Translations under genes and position numbers: made by a program
In this document: in pieces, positions 1 to 14,137 of the stretch
How the letters are laid out: each line of letters begins with the position of its first letter
Position numbering within the stretch: position 1 is the first letter of the stretch
The notes under the pieces: generated by a model
What the model saw: only the letters and a program-made list of their open reading frames with translations
Database searches by the model: none
Told to the model about the DNA's origin: nothing
Assembly (NCBI GenBank): GCA_012295275.1
Contig: CM022673.1
Location: forward strand, 23,188,001 to 23,252,000
Direction of reading: 5' to 3'
Source: Chrysomallon squamiferum
Taxonomy: Eukaryota > Animalia > Mollusca
Length of the DNA stretch: 64,000 nt

Positions 1-343
1 CGAACAAATTGATCCAATCACTGTCTTAACAACATGCTTTACAAACAACTTGTTCTCAATTCCAATTAGCATGATTAAATTTCAAGATTCTATCTTACTT
101 GTTAAAGATCAGCATATAATTTTATTATTTTTTCATCTAGAGGGAAATTATAGTAGCCATTTCAGCAGTGTTCTTTGATAGTGCTTTTTAACTCAACAAT
201 CTCACTTGTTTTCTAATAATGTAAATTTTGTTTTATGACATGATAATTATACTTTGAATTTTAGTGCATATTGCATCACAGAAAATGTTATCTATTCTGA
301 ATTTAATTGAAATATTAAAAGTTCCAACTTATTTCTATTTTAG

Positions 344-439
344 GAGGTGGTCAAACAGTTATCTGAGGCAACTGACCCAGTTAAAGCAAAAATAGGGAAG
401 AGTCTTGACCAGTGGGCATTTCCAGATCGCTGTGAATGA
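344..439 (+). CDS. Probable terminal coding exon of an unidentified gene starting upstream of the window
   Basis: A pyrimidine tract and TAG acceptor (341-343) precede an open phase-0 frame EVVKQLSEATDPVKAKIGKSLDQWAFPDRCE* with locally higher GC. The product is not recognised and the phase is assumed. Confidence 0.55.
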   Translation, partial: EVVKQLSEATDPVKAKIGKSLDQWAFPDRCE

Positions 440-628
440 TGGCTTAGAACTGTAAAAACTGAATTAATGGTGTTTTAAATACCAAACACTATTCAAACCT
501 ATCTCAGCACAAAAACTGCACATTTCCCAATTTCAGCACAACTGTCTTTAATAATTAGTTTAGGAGACTGTTTTGCTTTGTCTTTCAAAATATTTTGATT
601 GTCCCTTTATAAATACATTTTTTAATAC

Positions 629-1640
629 TGAATTCCTCTCCCCAAGATCATCATCATCATAATAAGGCTTAGATTACTTTTTTTTTTTAAATTTAAATTT
701 TGACCCTACATTTGGTTGTACTGGAAAACATGGATTTCTTGTTGGTGATAGTTTTAGTAAAACCTTAATGGCTTAGGTACAAAAAATAACAGTAGTTTAA
801 TTTCAGTACTGTTTATTTGCACACATAATTGTATCTTTCAGTTAAGATATTGTGCTGTTAAAACAAATGCACTTGATTAAATATTAAATACATCATGTAA
901 TTAGTAACTGATTTTAATACAAAATTATTTAATATAATTATGTATATTAAAATACAATAATCATTTGTAATTAATAATTTCATACTGACATTCCATACCA
1001 GTCATAAGTTCACCGAAAATCAATTTTTATTTTTAAAATGGTATTAAAACAGACCTTTTGATAAAATCTTTCACTGAATAGCTGCAATTTTATTCTTGGA
1101 TTCCTGATAAAATGTACAATTCACTGGATTTTAAAAACTTTGTTTTGATTTTTACATTTATTATTCAAAATGGTGAAGTTTCTTAACTGAATACATTTGG
1201 CTTGGTTAATGGAATTATTAATGATAACAGAAAAATTATACTGTGCATTTTTTTATGGTTACTTGTTTATTAATAAAGCTTTCGTTAGTAAAATGTCATT
1301 TAATTTGTATTATTCTGTATGGCATTGCTACATAATAAGATGTCATTACAGGGAATTCATTCACAGGGCAAGACATCAGTGCTTTTCCATTTTTCCAATG
1401 AATAATGAATTCCTATACCTGAGATCATCATAATCATAATATTCTTAGATTACATCTTTCTTTTTTATTTAAATTTTGAACCTACATTTGGTTGTATTGG
1501 AAAACATGGATTTCTAGTTGGTGATAGTTTTAGTAAACCTAAACATGTAAAAAATAACAGTTGTTTAATTATAAGTATTGTCATTTATTTTGTATTATTC
1601 TGTAAGGCATTGCTACATAATAAGATCCGATTACAGGGAA
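629..1640. repeat. Patchwork local duplications (A 629-820 ~ 1406-1585; B ~1305-1355 ~ 1590-1640)
   Basis: Shared strings occur twice, e.g. tgaattcct..agatcatcat, cctacatttggttgta.tggaaaacatggatttct.gttggtgatagttttagtaaa and gtattattctgta.ggcattgctacataataagat. Confidence 0.85.
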
Positions 1641-2415
1641 GTCATCAACTCCTTATTAAAAATTGAAACAAAATGATCATATCAAATACATAGCCATTTA
1701 TAGAATTCATTGTGAATCTTAGGTTTATTTAAGCCAGAGCAAAGACATTTATGATAGTTCACAGACACCAAAGAAAAAGAAAAAAAGGGAACACGTTGAA
1801 ATGTACAAATAAGCAAAACTGAAGATTTTAATATTTTTTTAATGAAAGTTCAGTATTACTCACCACTACTCAAACAGTAAAATCAAATAATTTTTAAGAA
1901 ATTGGAAATGTTCATTGACAAATTGAATTTGCCAACATGTTTTTATGGGGTAAGTGGACCTATAAGTAAGTGATGAATCCTGTACAAATGAATTTATCAA
2001 AATAAAAAATGATCTTAACATCAGTTCAGTAAAGACACTATTTGTTAATCAGACTTCAGAGGTCCAATGTGCAAACAGCACTATTTTCTGGGCTGACACC
2101 ATTCAGTGGTTTATACTTTTCAGTTATTTTATCAAGGAATAATTTGGAAGCATTTTCTAGAATATTAGAATAACATATATCATGGATTTAAACAAAATTG
2201 ATAGATCACCATTAGGAAAAGAAAATAGTTTAATGAATTCATAATAAAAAAATTATCTTGACTGAGGTACCTGGCATCCAGACATCTCATGCAATACAAA
2301 AACTATTAAACATCCAAATAAATTTTTATTCAGTAGAAAAATTAATAAAGCATATCTTGTTATACACAAAATCCATAACAAAAAAACAACATTTCAGATG
2401 TTTAAATACAAACCA

Positions 2416-2454
<39 letters not shown>

Positions 2455-5400
2455 AAAATCAGAAAAATAAAACATTAGAATTTTTGTTAAGCAACCTTCA
2501 TAACACACCAATTACCATTTTTATAATTAAGGATTAATAGTTAAAAAGTTTATAATAATTAACAAGATGGAAATGTACATATCTGAATAGTTAAGCAGTA
2601 TCCCTACCAATTTCCATATAACAGTTTTATAAAATACTAAATATTAAGTTATGATAAATAACCATGTGATTCAAAAGTTTACAAGGACATAAGTTAAGCA
2701 ACACAGCCATTAAAAAAAATTCAAGTTACCATTTTCATGGATAACTGGATTAATTAAACACTTGATTAGAATACTTGATAAGAAATGTATGTATAAATAA
2801 AAACTGAACATGAGAAACCAATTGCTATTAAATTTTTTTACATCATTAATTTAATAAATAACTGATTCACAATATAATGGTCAGATAAACAATAAACAAT
2901 ATAATTACATAATTGTCATATTAAACCAAATACAATTTTATTATTTGCTAATTAATTAAATAGATAATTCATTTTAATGGACATGGAAAAATACTGTGAA
3001 GCATTATTTAACACTAATAATAGAGTGCACATCTTAACCAACAATCCAGTTCAGCTTTACTCCATGATTTTAAAAGAGGCTATATGGGCATTTTTATTCT
3101 TGACAATTTTAACAAATACTGTATTGACAAAATGTTTTAGATAAAAAAGTGAGTGTGTGTGTGTGTTAAGGACTTTTTCATACATCTATGCTGCTTACTT
3201 GTGACTGGTCATCCATATTTACTTTTAATATTAATGTGCAAAGCATGTTAAAAAACTAACAGATTTTGTTCAGTTTATGCATGTGACTGAATAACGTGGT
3301 TCATAAAAATTTTAAAGTTAAAACCAACCAAAATCTGTTAAAACATTTGTGTGACTGTTGCAATTTAAATGTTATTTTAAGCAACAGTGGTTTTAAACAT
3401 ACCATCAAACTGATTAAGATGAATGTAGCTATGTGGTTAATGAAAGGTGTTGATGTGTGTGTGTGTGTGTGTGTGAATATACATATGCATGACTGCCTGT
3501 TCTTAAATGTGTTCAGTGTATGTTCAAATATAACAACAAACTGATTTAGGTCAGTGTATACATGTGGTTAAGTAATGTGGTTTATGAAAATATTGTTCTT
3601 CTATACTTAATATAAAGTTACCATAATGTAAAGTTTAAATCTTACATAAAAAATTTGTTAACAGCAAAACTAAATACTAAAAAAATCTAACAGCTGGTGT
3701 GAAATCATATGTCCCAATTAGTTCATGTATTTTTGCAAATGGCATGTACATAGTAAGTAAATGACTTAATATCTAATTAATCTGGTATTCATGGACCTTT
3801 TACATCTGTATAATTTTAATTCTATACAAATAATTGCATACATAACTATCACATATGTAAAAATAAATATTTTCTTATAGCCCACACTTTTTATAAGAAA
3901 ATAATGACATTTCAAGGCACAGTTAACCAAAAAGCTTAGTTCTAAGTTATCTAGATATAATAAAAATACAATAAGCATACAATATCAAATAAAGAAAGTT
4001 TCTATAGCTACAAGATCTGTAACATTAAATTGATAAATGCAGATTTAATTCAATCTGGGTATTTTATAGTATTTGAAAATGAGTACGCCATTCTATAAAT
4101 AATCTACTGACTAGAAAATATGGACATTGGGAACAATACTGTATTTCAATAAATTCATTTTTACCTAAATTTCTAAAAAACAAAAAAACCTAATTCTGTC
4201 TCTGAATATTTTTCCCATTCTTATATTTGCTTTTATCATTAAATAATGAATAGAAAATATATAGATTATTTTGAATTCATGCTGAATTTTGTATACACAT
4301 AACTATTGTAAATATCATTCCAGCTGCAGGGGTTCAATGTAGACATGTTTCTACAAAACAACAGAAAGAAATTAAGACTTTAATTACATAATAATTCTTT
4401 AAAAAATAATAATACTTTCACTTAATGTGTTCCCTTAACATCTAATAAAAACACATGCAAATGTTTAATGTGTTTTATTTTTGAAATTTATACTGAACTT
4501 TCTATAAACATATGTACTGCTAACTAATTATTTTCTTTTCTAATTAAGCACCATTAAAGCATGCATGTGTGTCTGTGTATATGTGTTTGTGAGTATGTGT
4601 ACATATATATATATAGGCAACCTTTTGTTTCAGAAAATTCATAATTACTATTTAAAGATCTCTCACTCTCCTTCAAAACATATGAGAAAAACATGTGAAA
4701 CTTGCTGTAGTGATGTTAAATAAATAATTCAGGAAGCCTGTTTTAGTCTTAAACACAACAGAAACTATATATACAGACAACATTTAAGCAAGCATATTTA
4801 AGAAAACAGGCATTGTCATTTGAGCATGGTATTTAACCCTTTAAGATATATACACATCGTTAACAAAATAGTACAATATGTAATTATTCTATTTATTTGT
4901 ATATATATAAGATATTAATAAGACTAGTAACTGCTGAGATTAATGGAAAAAATGTCATTAGTATATTTATAATAACTATTATCTCATTTTAAAACTGTTT
5001 TCAATGAGTTAAATGTAAACTGAATTTGGATGTATTTGAATTAATAATTATAAAGCTACCTTGAAAAAAATAAAAAACAAAATAAAAATACCTAACAGTT
5101 AACAAAAATTAACCAAATAATAAAATAATAATAAATAAATAGTAATAATAATAAATCTTATATAAGACATTCAAAATACAAAGTGTTTGTTTTTTCGAAA
5201 TTATCTCAGAATAACATCAAAATAAATTAAGTTACTAACATTATACTGTATAAATGTGACAAACATGATATGTGAATATCTGAATTAACATCAACAATAA
5301 AATATATAATAAAATAGTAAATTGTAAACAAATAAATGAAAATATCACCAGAAATACAAGTTAAAAAAAAATGTATTTGTAATCTTTTTAAAAGCATCTT

Positions 5401-6858
5401 TAATAATACATTTATAGAATTTTTTTTTTTTATTGACTGGCCTCTGAAATATTTATAATGATAAAGACAAAAAGGGATCTTAAATGAATAGTCTACAAAA
5501 TTGTTTACTTTTTCTTCATAATCAAAGTTAAAAACATAAATAAATAAATATTGAGATATACAGGGTTAAATCCTGTTCGAATAATATTAACTTATTAGCC
5601 AGTAATAATGGTATTTTTCAGAAAAATATGTTACTAAATGTATGAAATTTATTTCAAGAATTTATCATTCTAATGCAAAAATTACACAATCAATTGATGA
5701 AATCCAAAAACCAATGTAAGAATGTGTTTAATACAAGTTAAGTACATGGAAAAAAAAAAATAAAGAAATGAAAAGTAAGTCAGCATCGGTATCACAGAAT
5801 AAAGAAAAATTTTAGAGATCAATTTAATATTGCTACATTTAATCTGATGGGGAATAAAACAAGTCTGTTTGGTGATAGGTGTCAGGAACCTTTGGACTTT
5901 AAAAAAATAATAATTTTAAAAAGAAACAATTGTAAGAAATAGTTTTAGTTTTTCTGACTGGTTTAAATACAAACTTTCTTAACTGCTATGGCTAATATTT
6001 TTTGATATTTTTACTTTATGTCTGTCAAAATTGTAAACATTTTGATATTATTAAGTTAATTTTAATTTATTTGTTTTACTTTTTTTTACAATTAAAGCTT
6101 TCAAAAGACAGTTTTCAATGTCTCATATTAAAAAAATAATAATAAAAAATTTGTTTTTAAAAATTTTGAATACACAGTTCTCTTCTTAACATTATACTCA
6201 CAATCATATTGCTAATATATTATGCTTTGTAATGATTCCTTACAGTATCAAACATTCATAATGATGTAAATATGCAATGATGAAAATATAAAGCATCAGT
6301 AAAAATTTAAAACATTCTTCATTTTTGTCAAAGTATGAATACAGGAATACGGTACTGCACATAAACTTAGACCTTCAACCTGAATCAATAACATATCTAT
6401 AACTTATTATTCAATGAAATAAAAATCTGGATGCTTACAATAATGATGATGATAAAAAACTTGATAACGATTATGATAATGATAAAAATCTTCATGATAA
6501 TGAAATATTGTACTTTAATGGGCATATAACATATGGAAATGTTTTGTATGTTAAATATATAAACATATTGCCATAAGAACCAACAATGAATAGTTTTCTG
6601 TTGCAATATACAGCAGTGGCAAATATATATTTCAACATATACAAATTAAAATTATTGCAATGGTAAATTTCAAGAACAAAAAATTATAAAATATATTTTA
6701 TTAACATAAAATTATTTTTAAAATACAAACTAAAAATAGACATTTTAATAATAGTGGTGTGCCTGATTGTTCATGTACTGCAAGAAAATAAATAACTTAT
6801 CAGAGAAGAAATATTTCTATAGATATTTGTACAGTCTTAAGCTATGATTCCATTAATG

Positions 6859-7355
6859 CAGTATGCAAATGCAGCATTGAGCATACGTTATCAATAAAAA
6901 AAAGAAATGCATGTAAACACTTGACAGTGAATGACTGTGAAAGTAAAAACATGAATCACTCTCTGTACCAACTTGTGCTTCAGATGTCTACAAATGCAGA
7001 TCACGAAAACAAAACTAGGAAATAAGGAATTGTTTTTCTGAACAAGATGGTAGAATTTTGCAATTAAAAATTCTAAGTAGCAAAATTTAGAGAAAAATGC
7101 TGAACAATGCACTGAACTGAGCACAGCAGGAATCTATGCTGTGGATAAGTATGGTGGTAAGCAGGCTCAATAATACTCTTGCTGTGTATACATTTCAATA
7201 ATGATACAAGTAAATTGGATCTTTCTGCTCAGCATCTTAAAAAGAAACTCTTAAGAAAATTAATTAAAAAATAGTAGATTGAAAAAGCATAGGAAAAAGA
7301 AAAACCTTTATGTAGAATCTTATAACTATGTAATGCATGCTGCATTTGCATACTG
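6859..7355. mobile_element. Tc1/mariner-like MITE (~497 bp)
   Basis: Perfect 19-bp terminal inverted repeats CAGTATGCAAATGCAGCAT (6859-6877) / ATGCTGCATTTGCATACTG (7337-7355). TA lies on the right flank and TG on the left (possibly a decayed TA target duplication). No coding capacity. Confidence 0.65.
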
Positions 7356-9220
7356 TATTGTTGCATCATTTGTTTCACTGGTTACGACAACACCCATAAG
7401 AATCAATGAAAATCAAGGCTGAAAAATTGTGGGATCAAATATTGACACAAACTCCTACCAAACACTAATTAGTAAGGTACATGAATTCTACCCTCTCCTT
7501 TCTCTAACCAACAGGCTTGAGTTGACATTACTAATTTCTATACTGTGTGCCAAATATATTTGAGCTTGAACAGCAAGGGCATGATTTTTGGATTGATACA
7601 TAAGGACAGATGGTACTGGGACTATGATTACATCTACTTCTACTGCTCAAGCATGAATGAGGTAGCAAAAGGCACATTATAAACAACTTCTTGCATAGAT
7701 CAAGAAATAACATAAAGGCACAAAATGAACACGATTCATCAAATGAGTTAAACAAGAAACAACAAAAACAAACCATTCATTAATAAGTACTGAGTTTATG
7801 GCAGACAACCGTGTCCAGGTCTGTGGAATGTAAAACATGTAATTACCTGGAACTCAAACAGAAAATAACAATAGGGGAAAAAGGATAAAGAAAATTAATT
7901 TAAAAAACAAAAAGATAATAAAATAAAAGAAAAAAGGTAATATATTTTAATAATGTGAAAAATTAAAATTAAATCTAAGTATATAACAAATCAATTAAAA
8001 ATAATAATAAAAGGATATGGAAATCTCAGTCTAAAATCATTTTCAAATAAAAATAGGTTTAAAAATTAAATAAATTTAAATTAATTTAAAAATGTGTAAA
8101 GGGTGAGAAATGAAAACTAATCAAGTATTAATATTTTTATTATGCATTAATGTTTTGTACTTTAAATAACTAGATTATTAAATGTGGTATCCAGTGTCTT
8201 TGAAAAGCATTCATTATTTTTTCCTTTTAGTTCTTTAAAGAGTAAGAGAAACTGCTTCAAAAAAAATTAAATCACTCAAAAATGTTTTTACAAAAAGATC
8301 TTGTAGGTGTTTCGACAACAATGTCATGTTTTTAAATAAACAATATATTTACACAACTGTATATCAATGATTATCCTTTTTAAGACAAAATGATTTAAGC
8401 CTGGGTGGAAAATACAGAGATTTTTTTTTTTTTTTTTAAAAATGACATTAAATTTAAAAATAAGATATAAAATATTAAATACAAATATATTTTCATCATC
8501 TTAATAATTTAATCAATTTCATTTTCTGTATAACTTTAAATATTTAATGGCTGAAGATTAATATAATATGCATTTAATAAAGTAAATATTAAAGTCTCTG
8601 AAATATATTTTTAAAAAATAAGTGAAAACTGTTCCACAAAAGAGTGGTTACCATAAAATTTCCATATTTTCAATTTTCAATATTATTTTTTGATAAAATT
8701 AACGTTTTTGTATCAGATTTTCAGTGCTGCAATTTTGAGAATAAGAACTCAAAAATGTTATTCCTTTCATTTTAAAATAATTATTAATTCAGACAATTCT
8801 AAAATTATTTGTGACAAAAATATGATTATAAAATGTGAAATCTGACCACAATAACACCTACAGGAAAATGAAGTATAGCCAAAATACCTTTATGCTCACC
8901 AAAGCAAAACAACATAAAAAAATGTATTTAAAATTTAAAAAAAATGAATATCTGTTTAGGAATAAATTTTATGGACAAAATATCTGTATGCTCATGAATT
9001 CAATGTCATGACAAATGCTTGCACCTGTATATCTATATTATCTGTAATTTAAATACAGATGGTTGCACCTGTCCAGAAAAACATGAAATTCAGGAAAATA
9101 TCTGTATCTTCTCTTTCAAGAACACACATAATAATTTAGAAATAAATTCTGTTGTCATAAGGAATAGTTAGTTATTTAGGAATAAATGCAGTTGTCAATA
9201 ACTCTGTTAGGAATATAATA

Positions 9221-9366
9221 ATTCAGGAATAAAATTGCCATCAGAAATACCATATTCAGGAATAAAATTGCCATCAGAAGTACCATATTCAGGAATAAAA
9301 TTGCCATCAGAAATACCATATTCAGGAATAAAATTGCCATCAGAAATACCATATTCAGGAATAAAT
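9221..9366. repeat. 33-bp minisatellite, ~4.4 copies, just 3' of the DCAKD stop
   Basis: Unit attcaggaataaaattgccatcagaaataccat starts at 9221, 9254, 9287, 9320 and partially 9353. Confidence 0.95.
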
Positions 9367-9417
9367 TGTTAATATGCCTGGATGCTCAACATCAGTGATA
9401 AAATGCTGTTGGCAATA

Positions 9418-12400
9418 TCACCACCATAAATACAATAAGGCAAGAATAACAGAAATGATGAATGAAACAAATGTTCTCACTCTCCAGTGAGCTCGGGATT
9501 TCTGAAATATGCGGTATATAGCAGTCACTTGTTGTTCAGTCATCTCTTTGGTGCCACTGTTGTCAATAATGTATGTGGCTCGTTTGCACTTCTCTGACAG
9601 TGGCATCTGAGCTGTTATTCTCTGATTAGCTTCTTCCCAGAGTAGATTGTTTCTAGCCATAAGGCGCTGTCTCTGCTGATATTCTGAGCTGAAAATAAGG
9701 AACATGTTACTCAGACCTATAGTTTAATTATATATCTCTGATAGTTAGGCTTAACTTCTATTAAATGCAAATATGATAACATTTAGATATATAATGATAA
9801 TATAGTGTACTAATAAAAAAAATTGATATATACAGGTTTTTAAAACTTGAAAAAAGAATATTAAAGTTTTTTTCACAAATGCAAAACTCACAGTCTATAT
9901 CCTCTTGGCTCCTAAATATTAAAGTATCCACAAAAAGTCATACTATGTTATTTAAGTTGGTTACATCTGGTATTTTATTCATGGGGTTGCTTTTGCTTTA
10001 AAATTTGAAAACATTCAAGCAGAAAAACATAAATGTAAGTGAAATACTGTCAATATAAAAAAAAAATTAAATGTAAAACTGTTATACTCCAAAAATATTC
10101 TCACCATGAAACAACTACAATATATGTGACATAAGGCAACATCTTTTTATTTTCAAATAACAGAGGGATGTCCAGGACAACAAATGGATAACCTGAAAAC
10201 ACAAATTACAATAATTTTGTTGATTTATAAATTTATACCAAACAAAATTAATAAAATTATATTTTATATATTTTGTAACGTATGTAAATTTTGACTGCAC
10301 AATTTTTAATGGAAAAACAAAATAAAATATGTTTTAATTATAAATATATCATTCTGATTAAATACATAAAGTGCAGTATTGAAATACTAAATGCATTCAT
10401 ATATACATATACATATTACATAAAAAAGAAGCTATTTCATTATGTAAAAAAGAAATGAACCTTGGATATATTTTTTTAACTCATGTAAGCATCAACATCT
10501 GTTATAAATGTATATTGTTTTCTTCTAACTATGTCAGCTTATTATAGTAAAATGTACCTTCATAATTCAAAACTTTAAAATGTTCCAAATGTTAAACGTC
10601 TTCTCAGATTTTAAAGTTTTAATCACCCAAAAATAAAGAGATTTAATAAAAAGTCTAACAAAGCAGGAAAAGATATAATTAAGTATTCATAGATTTAATG
10701 TACCTGTTAAGAAATATTTAAATATTTCCCAAAGCATTGCCCTCATGATTGATGGATGTGTTATTTTATTCAGGGCATTTCTTTTTTCTTCATTGCAGAA
10801 AACAATATGTCCAAGTTTTTCTCGATTTAAAGTTCCATCACTGTTAAATACCTCAGATCCAAAATAGGATTTGATTTTAAACCAAGCTGGTTTCCCAGGT
10901 TGGACAACTATATGAAAGAAAAAAGAAAAAAAGAAACCATTAAAAAAAATAGTAATAATTCACACAATCAGTATCGTTAATGTTAAAAACAAACCAAAAA
11001 TAAAATAAATATAAAATAAAATAAAAATAAATATAAAATATAATCATAAAACTAAATAATAAAAACTAAAATGAATACTAGAAATCATGACATTAATGTG
11101 ATCATAATATTAAAATAAAATACAAATCTTTTATTCAAATTTACATGACATATTTTTATTTAAGTTTTATCTGTGTCACCTTTTATTAAAACACAATAAA
11201 GATTAAAATTGTAATATAACATTCAACTCAAATGCAGTTTACATACGGAAAAAACAGCTGAATTGTTGATTTTTCCTTCAACTGTGTGTAACACATTAGC
11301 AAAGAAAAGGAAAATTAAGATCACAATTGCAATCCATTCATAATACAAATGGAGCAAATGTATCTTAATTAGTCTAGATTAATTAATGTCTAACAGACCA
11401 GGAAACTAACAACTATATACCTGATCTAAAAATTTCTTAGTATGGATTAAATATTAGAAGATCAAATGGGAAAATTGCAGATGTGCAATAAATCAAGTTA
11501 GTGTCAACCCTCTGATCACTGCAGGTCTTCAGTCAACATATCAGTTCTGATGCCATCTACTGCACATGCTAATCCTGATGTCAATAAAAATTCTTTAATA
11601 CTTTTGTATGATTGTTTGCAGGATCCGACAGATAGATTTTTAGTGTTCAAAAATAATCTACACTGTTAGATAAATACAACTGTAATGGTACATTTGGTCA
11701 ATATTTTTCTATTTCGAGATAACTATACCCATTTATGTAAAGGACTGCAACAAAATTAAGAATTAAGTTGATCTAAAAATAAATAAATAAGTAAATAAAA
11801 CAGCAGGGACTAAAGAGGTTATTTGATCTGTACTCACAAGTAATATTTCAAAGGAAGGCCATTCGTATTAATTTCCTGATTTACAGTAAGAGTACTATAA
11901 TAAAACAATTCATGCCACTTGTAAAGTAACAATGATATCAGGACATTTGTTAAATTATAGCTTTATCAACTGAAACTTTCATCATCTAGATTCAGAAAAA
12001 CCTAAGTTTCTTAGTTTTTAAACAATGAAAATAATGATAAAGCATATTACAACTTCAATGTGTATATGAAAATAATAAAATGGCATACATAGATTTAAAT
12101 ATTTATCATTTATCACTGAAACAATATGCAGTTAAGTTACTTTTAGCTGCCAGTTTGCCATAACTGAAGTACCAGGTATAGTACATTAACTATTTAGTGT
12201 ATGAATCAGATCTACATATATAATGAAGAAATCAAAAGAATCTGGCATTCTCCACCTGTCTCCCAAGAGGAAAGAAAAAAATATCAATATAGGACTTGGA
12301 GTATAAATATTTTACTCTGGGTAGTAATTTCATTTTGAAATCTGACAAATAACAAAGGTTAAGATTATTTTAAACAATATGACAGGTATTTAAAATCTTA

Positions 12401-13275
12401 TGATGGTGCAATGGCATAAGAGTGCTATCAGTAATCAATCACTGACTAGTGTACATCCTTAATATATATGTGACTGAAACATCCATGTCCTATGGACCAA
12501 CACACTTCATGGAGGGCTAGATGTATGTGCATGTCACATTACAGTTTGTTATGCCATCACTAATATTATATGGTTAGCATATATCATTTAATTTTTTGTT
12601 TCATATTAGAGAAATACAAAAGTTGATGATGATATAGTGACATAATAAAATTAAAATGATAAAAGCTACTGGATGAATGATAAACATTACTTCATCTTGT
12701 ATTATATTTATTCCATATTATTACTATAGATAATCAACAATCACAGAAATCTACCTGAAATGAAATTATTTATTAACGTGAAATGTTTCCATCTCGTTAA
12801 ATTAAATAAAATCTATCTAAAATTGGCATTGATTCCTAGTTGATATTTCAGAATATAAGTATCAGTGCTGTTTAATCTGCCGACATTCAACAGCTGTGAC
12901 ATGCATAATGGTTTAGCAATAAATAAATAATTGAAAAATCCATTTTCGTCGTCATCATTCTTTTCATTTTTCGGTTTCATCGACAATATAAATCTTCTTT
13001 ATTTATATAAAAAAGAAAAGCTAGCTAAAATTAAATTACTACATATAGTATTATTTAATCATAAAATTACTAAAAAGACACAGTGATATCAGAAATACCA
13101 AGTAAAAGAAGGTAGGAAAACATTTTAAACAACAACAAAAAAAACATCATCAAAACAACTTACCATCTCTCGCAATCTTATCTGCGTCTATAACTGGACA
13201 TCCCAATTCAAGAAGTCGTTTGCATACTATACTTTTACCTGTAGCAATTCCTCCTGTCAGACCGACAAGGAACAT
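9418..13275 (-). CDS. DCAKD: Dephospho-CoA kinase domain-containing protein (~224 aa, 4 coding exons)
   Basis: Exons 13164-13275, 10704-10907, 10105-10192 and 9418-9688 join in phase with GT-AG ends. Motifs: [15 protein letters not shown] (P-loop), [50 protein letters not shown], plus a hydrophobic C-terminal tail. Confidence 0.96.
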
Positions 13276-13485
13276 TTTACATTTAATGCAGAATTAACAT
13301 ATCACTCTACTGCAGCTTATTCTGTTAATCTTTATCATCCACCATTCGTGTCACATGATAACGTCGTGTCTTACGAATCGTAACGCGAACTGACACGCAG
13401 GAGAAATTCTGCTGTGCGGATGCGGACAATAAAAACAAAAATGATGATGATAATTTGATAATAACCATAATTATATTTTTATTTT

Positions 13486-13561
<76 letters not shown>

Positions 13562-14137
13562 CCAAACTTATTTATAACATTAACAAGCTGGGTTTTTATC
13601 CTTGATTCAGAGCATTTTGTTTAGCACTAGTTATATTTACAAGTATTCGTTAACTGATTTACCATAGCAGCTAAACAAAGGAAGAAAAACAAAACAAAAC
13701 AAAAAAAAAAAACAACAAAAAAAAAAAAAAAAAAAAAAAAAAAAACAAAAAGAAAGAAGCGAAGAAAAGAGCATTGTTTAATTAATCATAGAATATAGAA
13801 AAAGTAACCAGCATAATGATAATGTTCAAATACTTGTTTAATTTTATTTTTTAAGCGTAATCTAAAATTCGCCATGTACAGCGTTACTACGTTAGGCTAT
13901 AGGTAGAGAAATACTTTGATTTAATTTCTTAGGTAGATTTAATGTCAAATAGATTGATTTAATTTCTTAGGTAAAATAGCATACATGGCACATGATAAAT
14001 AATTAACAATTAATACGTATAAGAAAATCAGCGAGGATAAAAATAAAAAGGACATTATCGAACACATATAATATAAACGTACATACCCAAAGACATAAAA
14101 GGTGGTGCTCTTAAAATGTTAATTCCAAAACAGAATT
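13276..14137. promoter_or_regulatory. Putative bidirectional promoter region DCAKD/GTPBP10
   Basis: The divergent start codons are ~860 bp apart. A CpG-enriched patch lies at ~13345-13430 in otherwise CpG-poor DNA. Confidence 0.6.
13489..13554. repeat. (TC)n microsatellite
   Basis: Perfect dinucleotide run. Confidence 0.97.
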
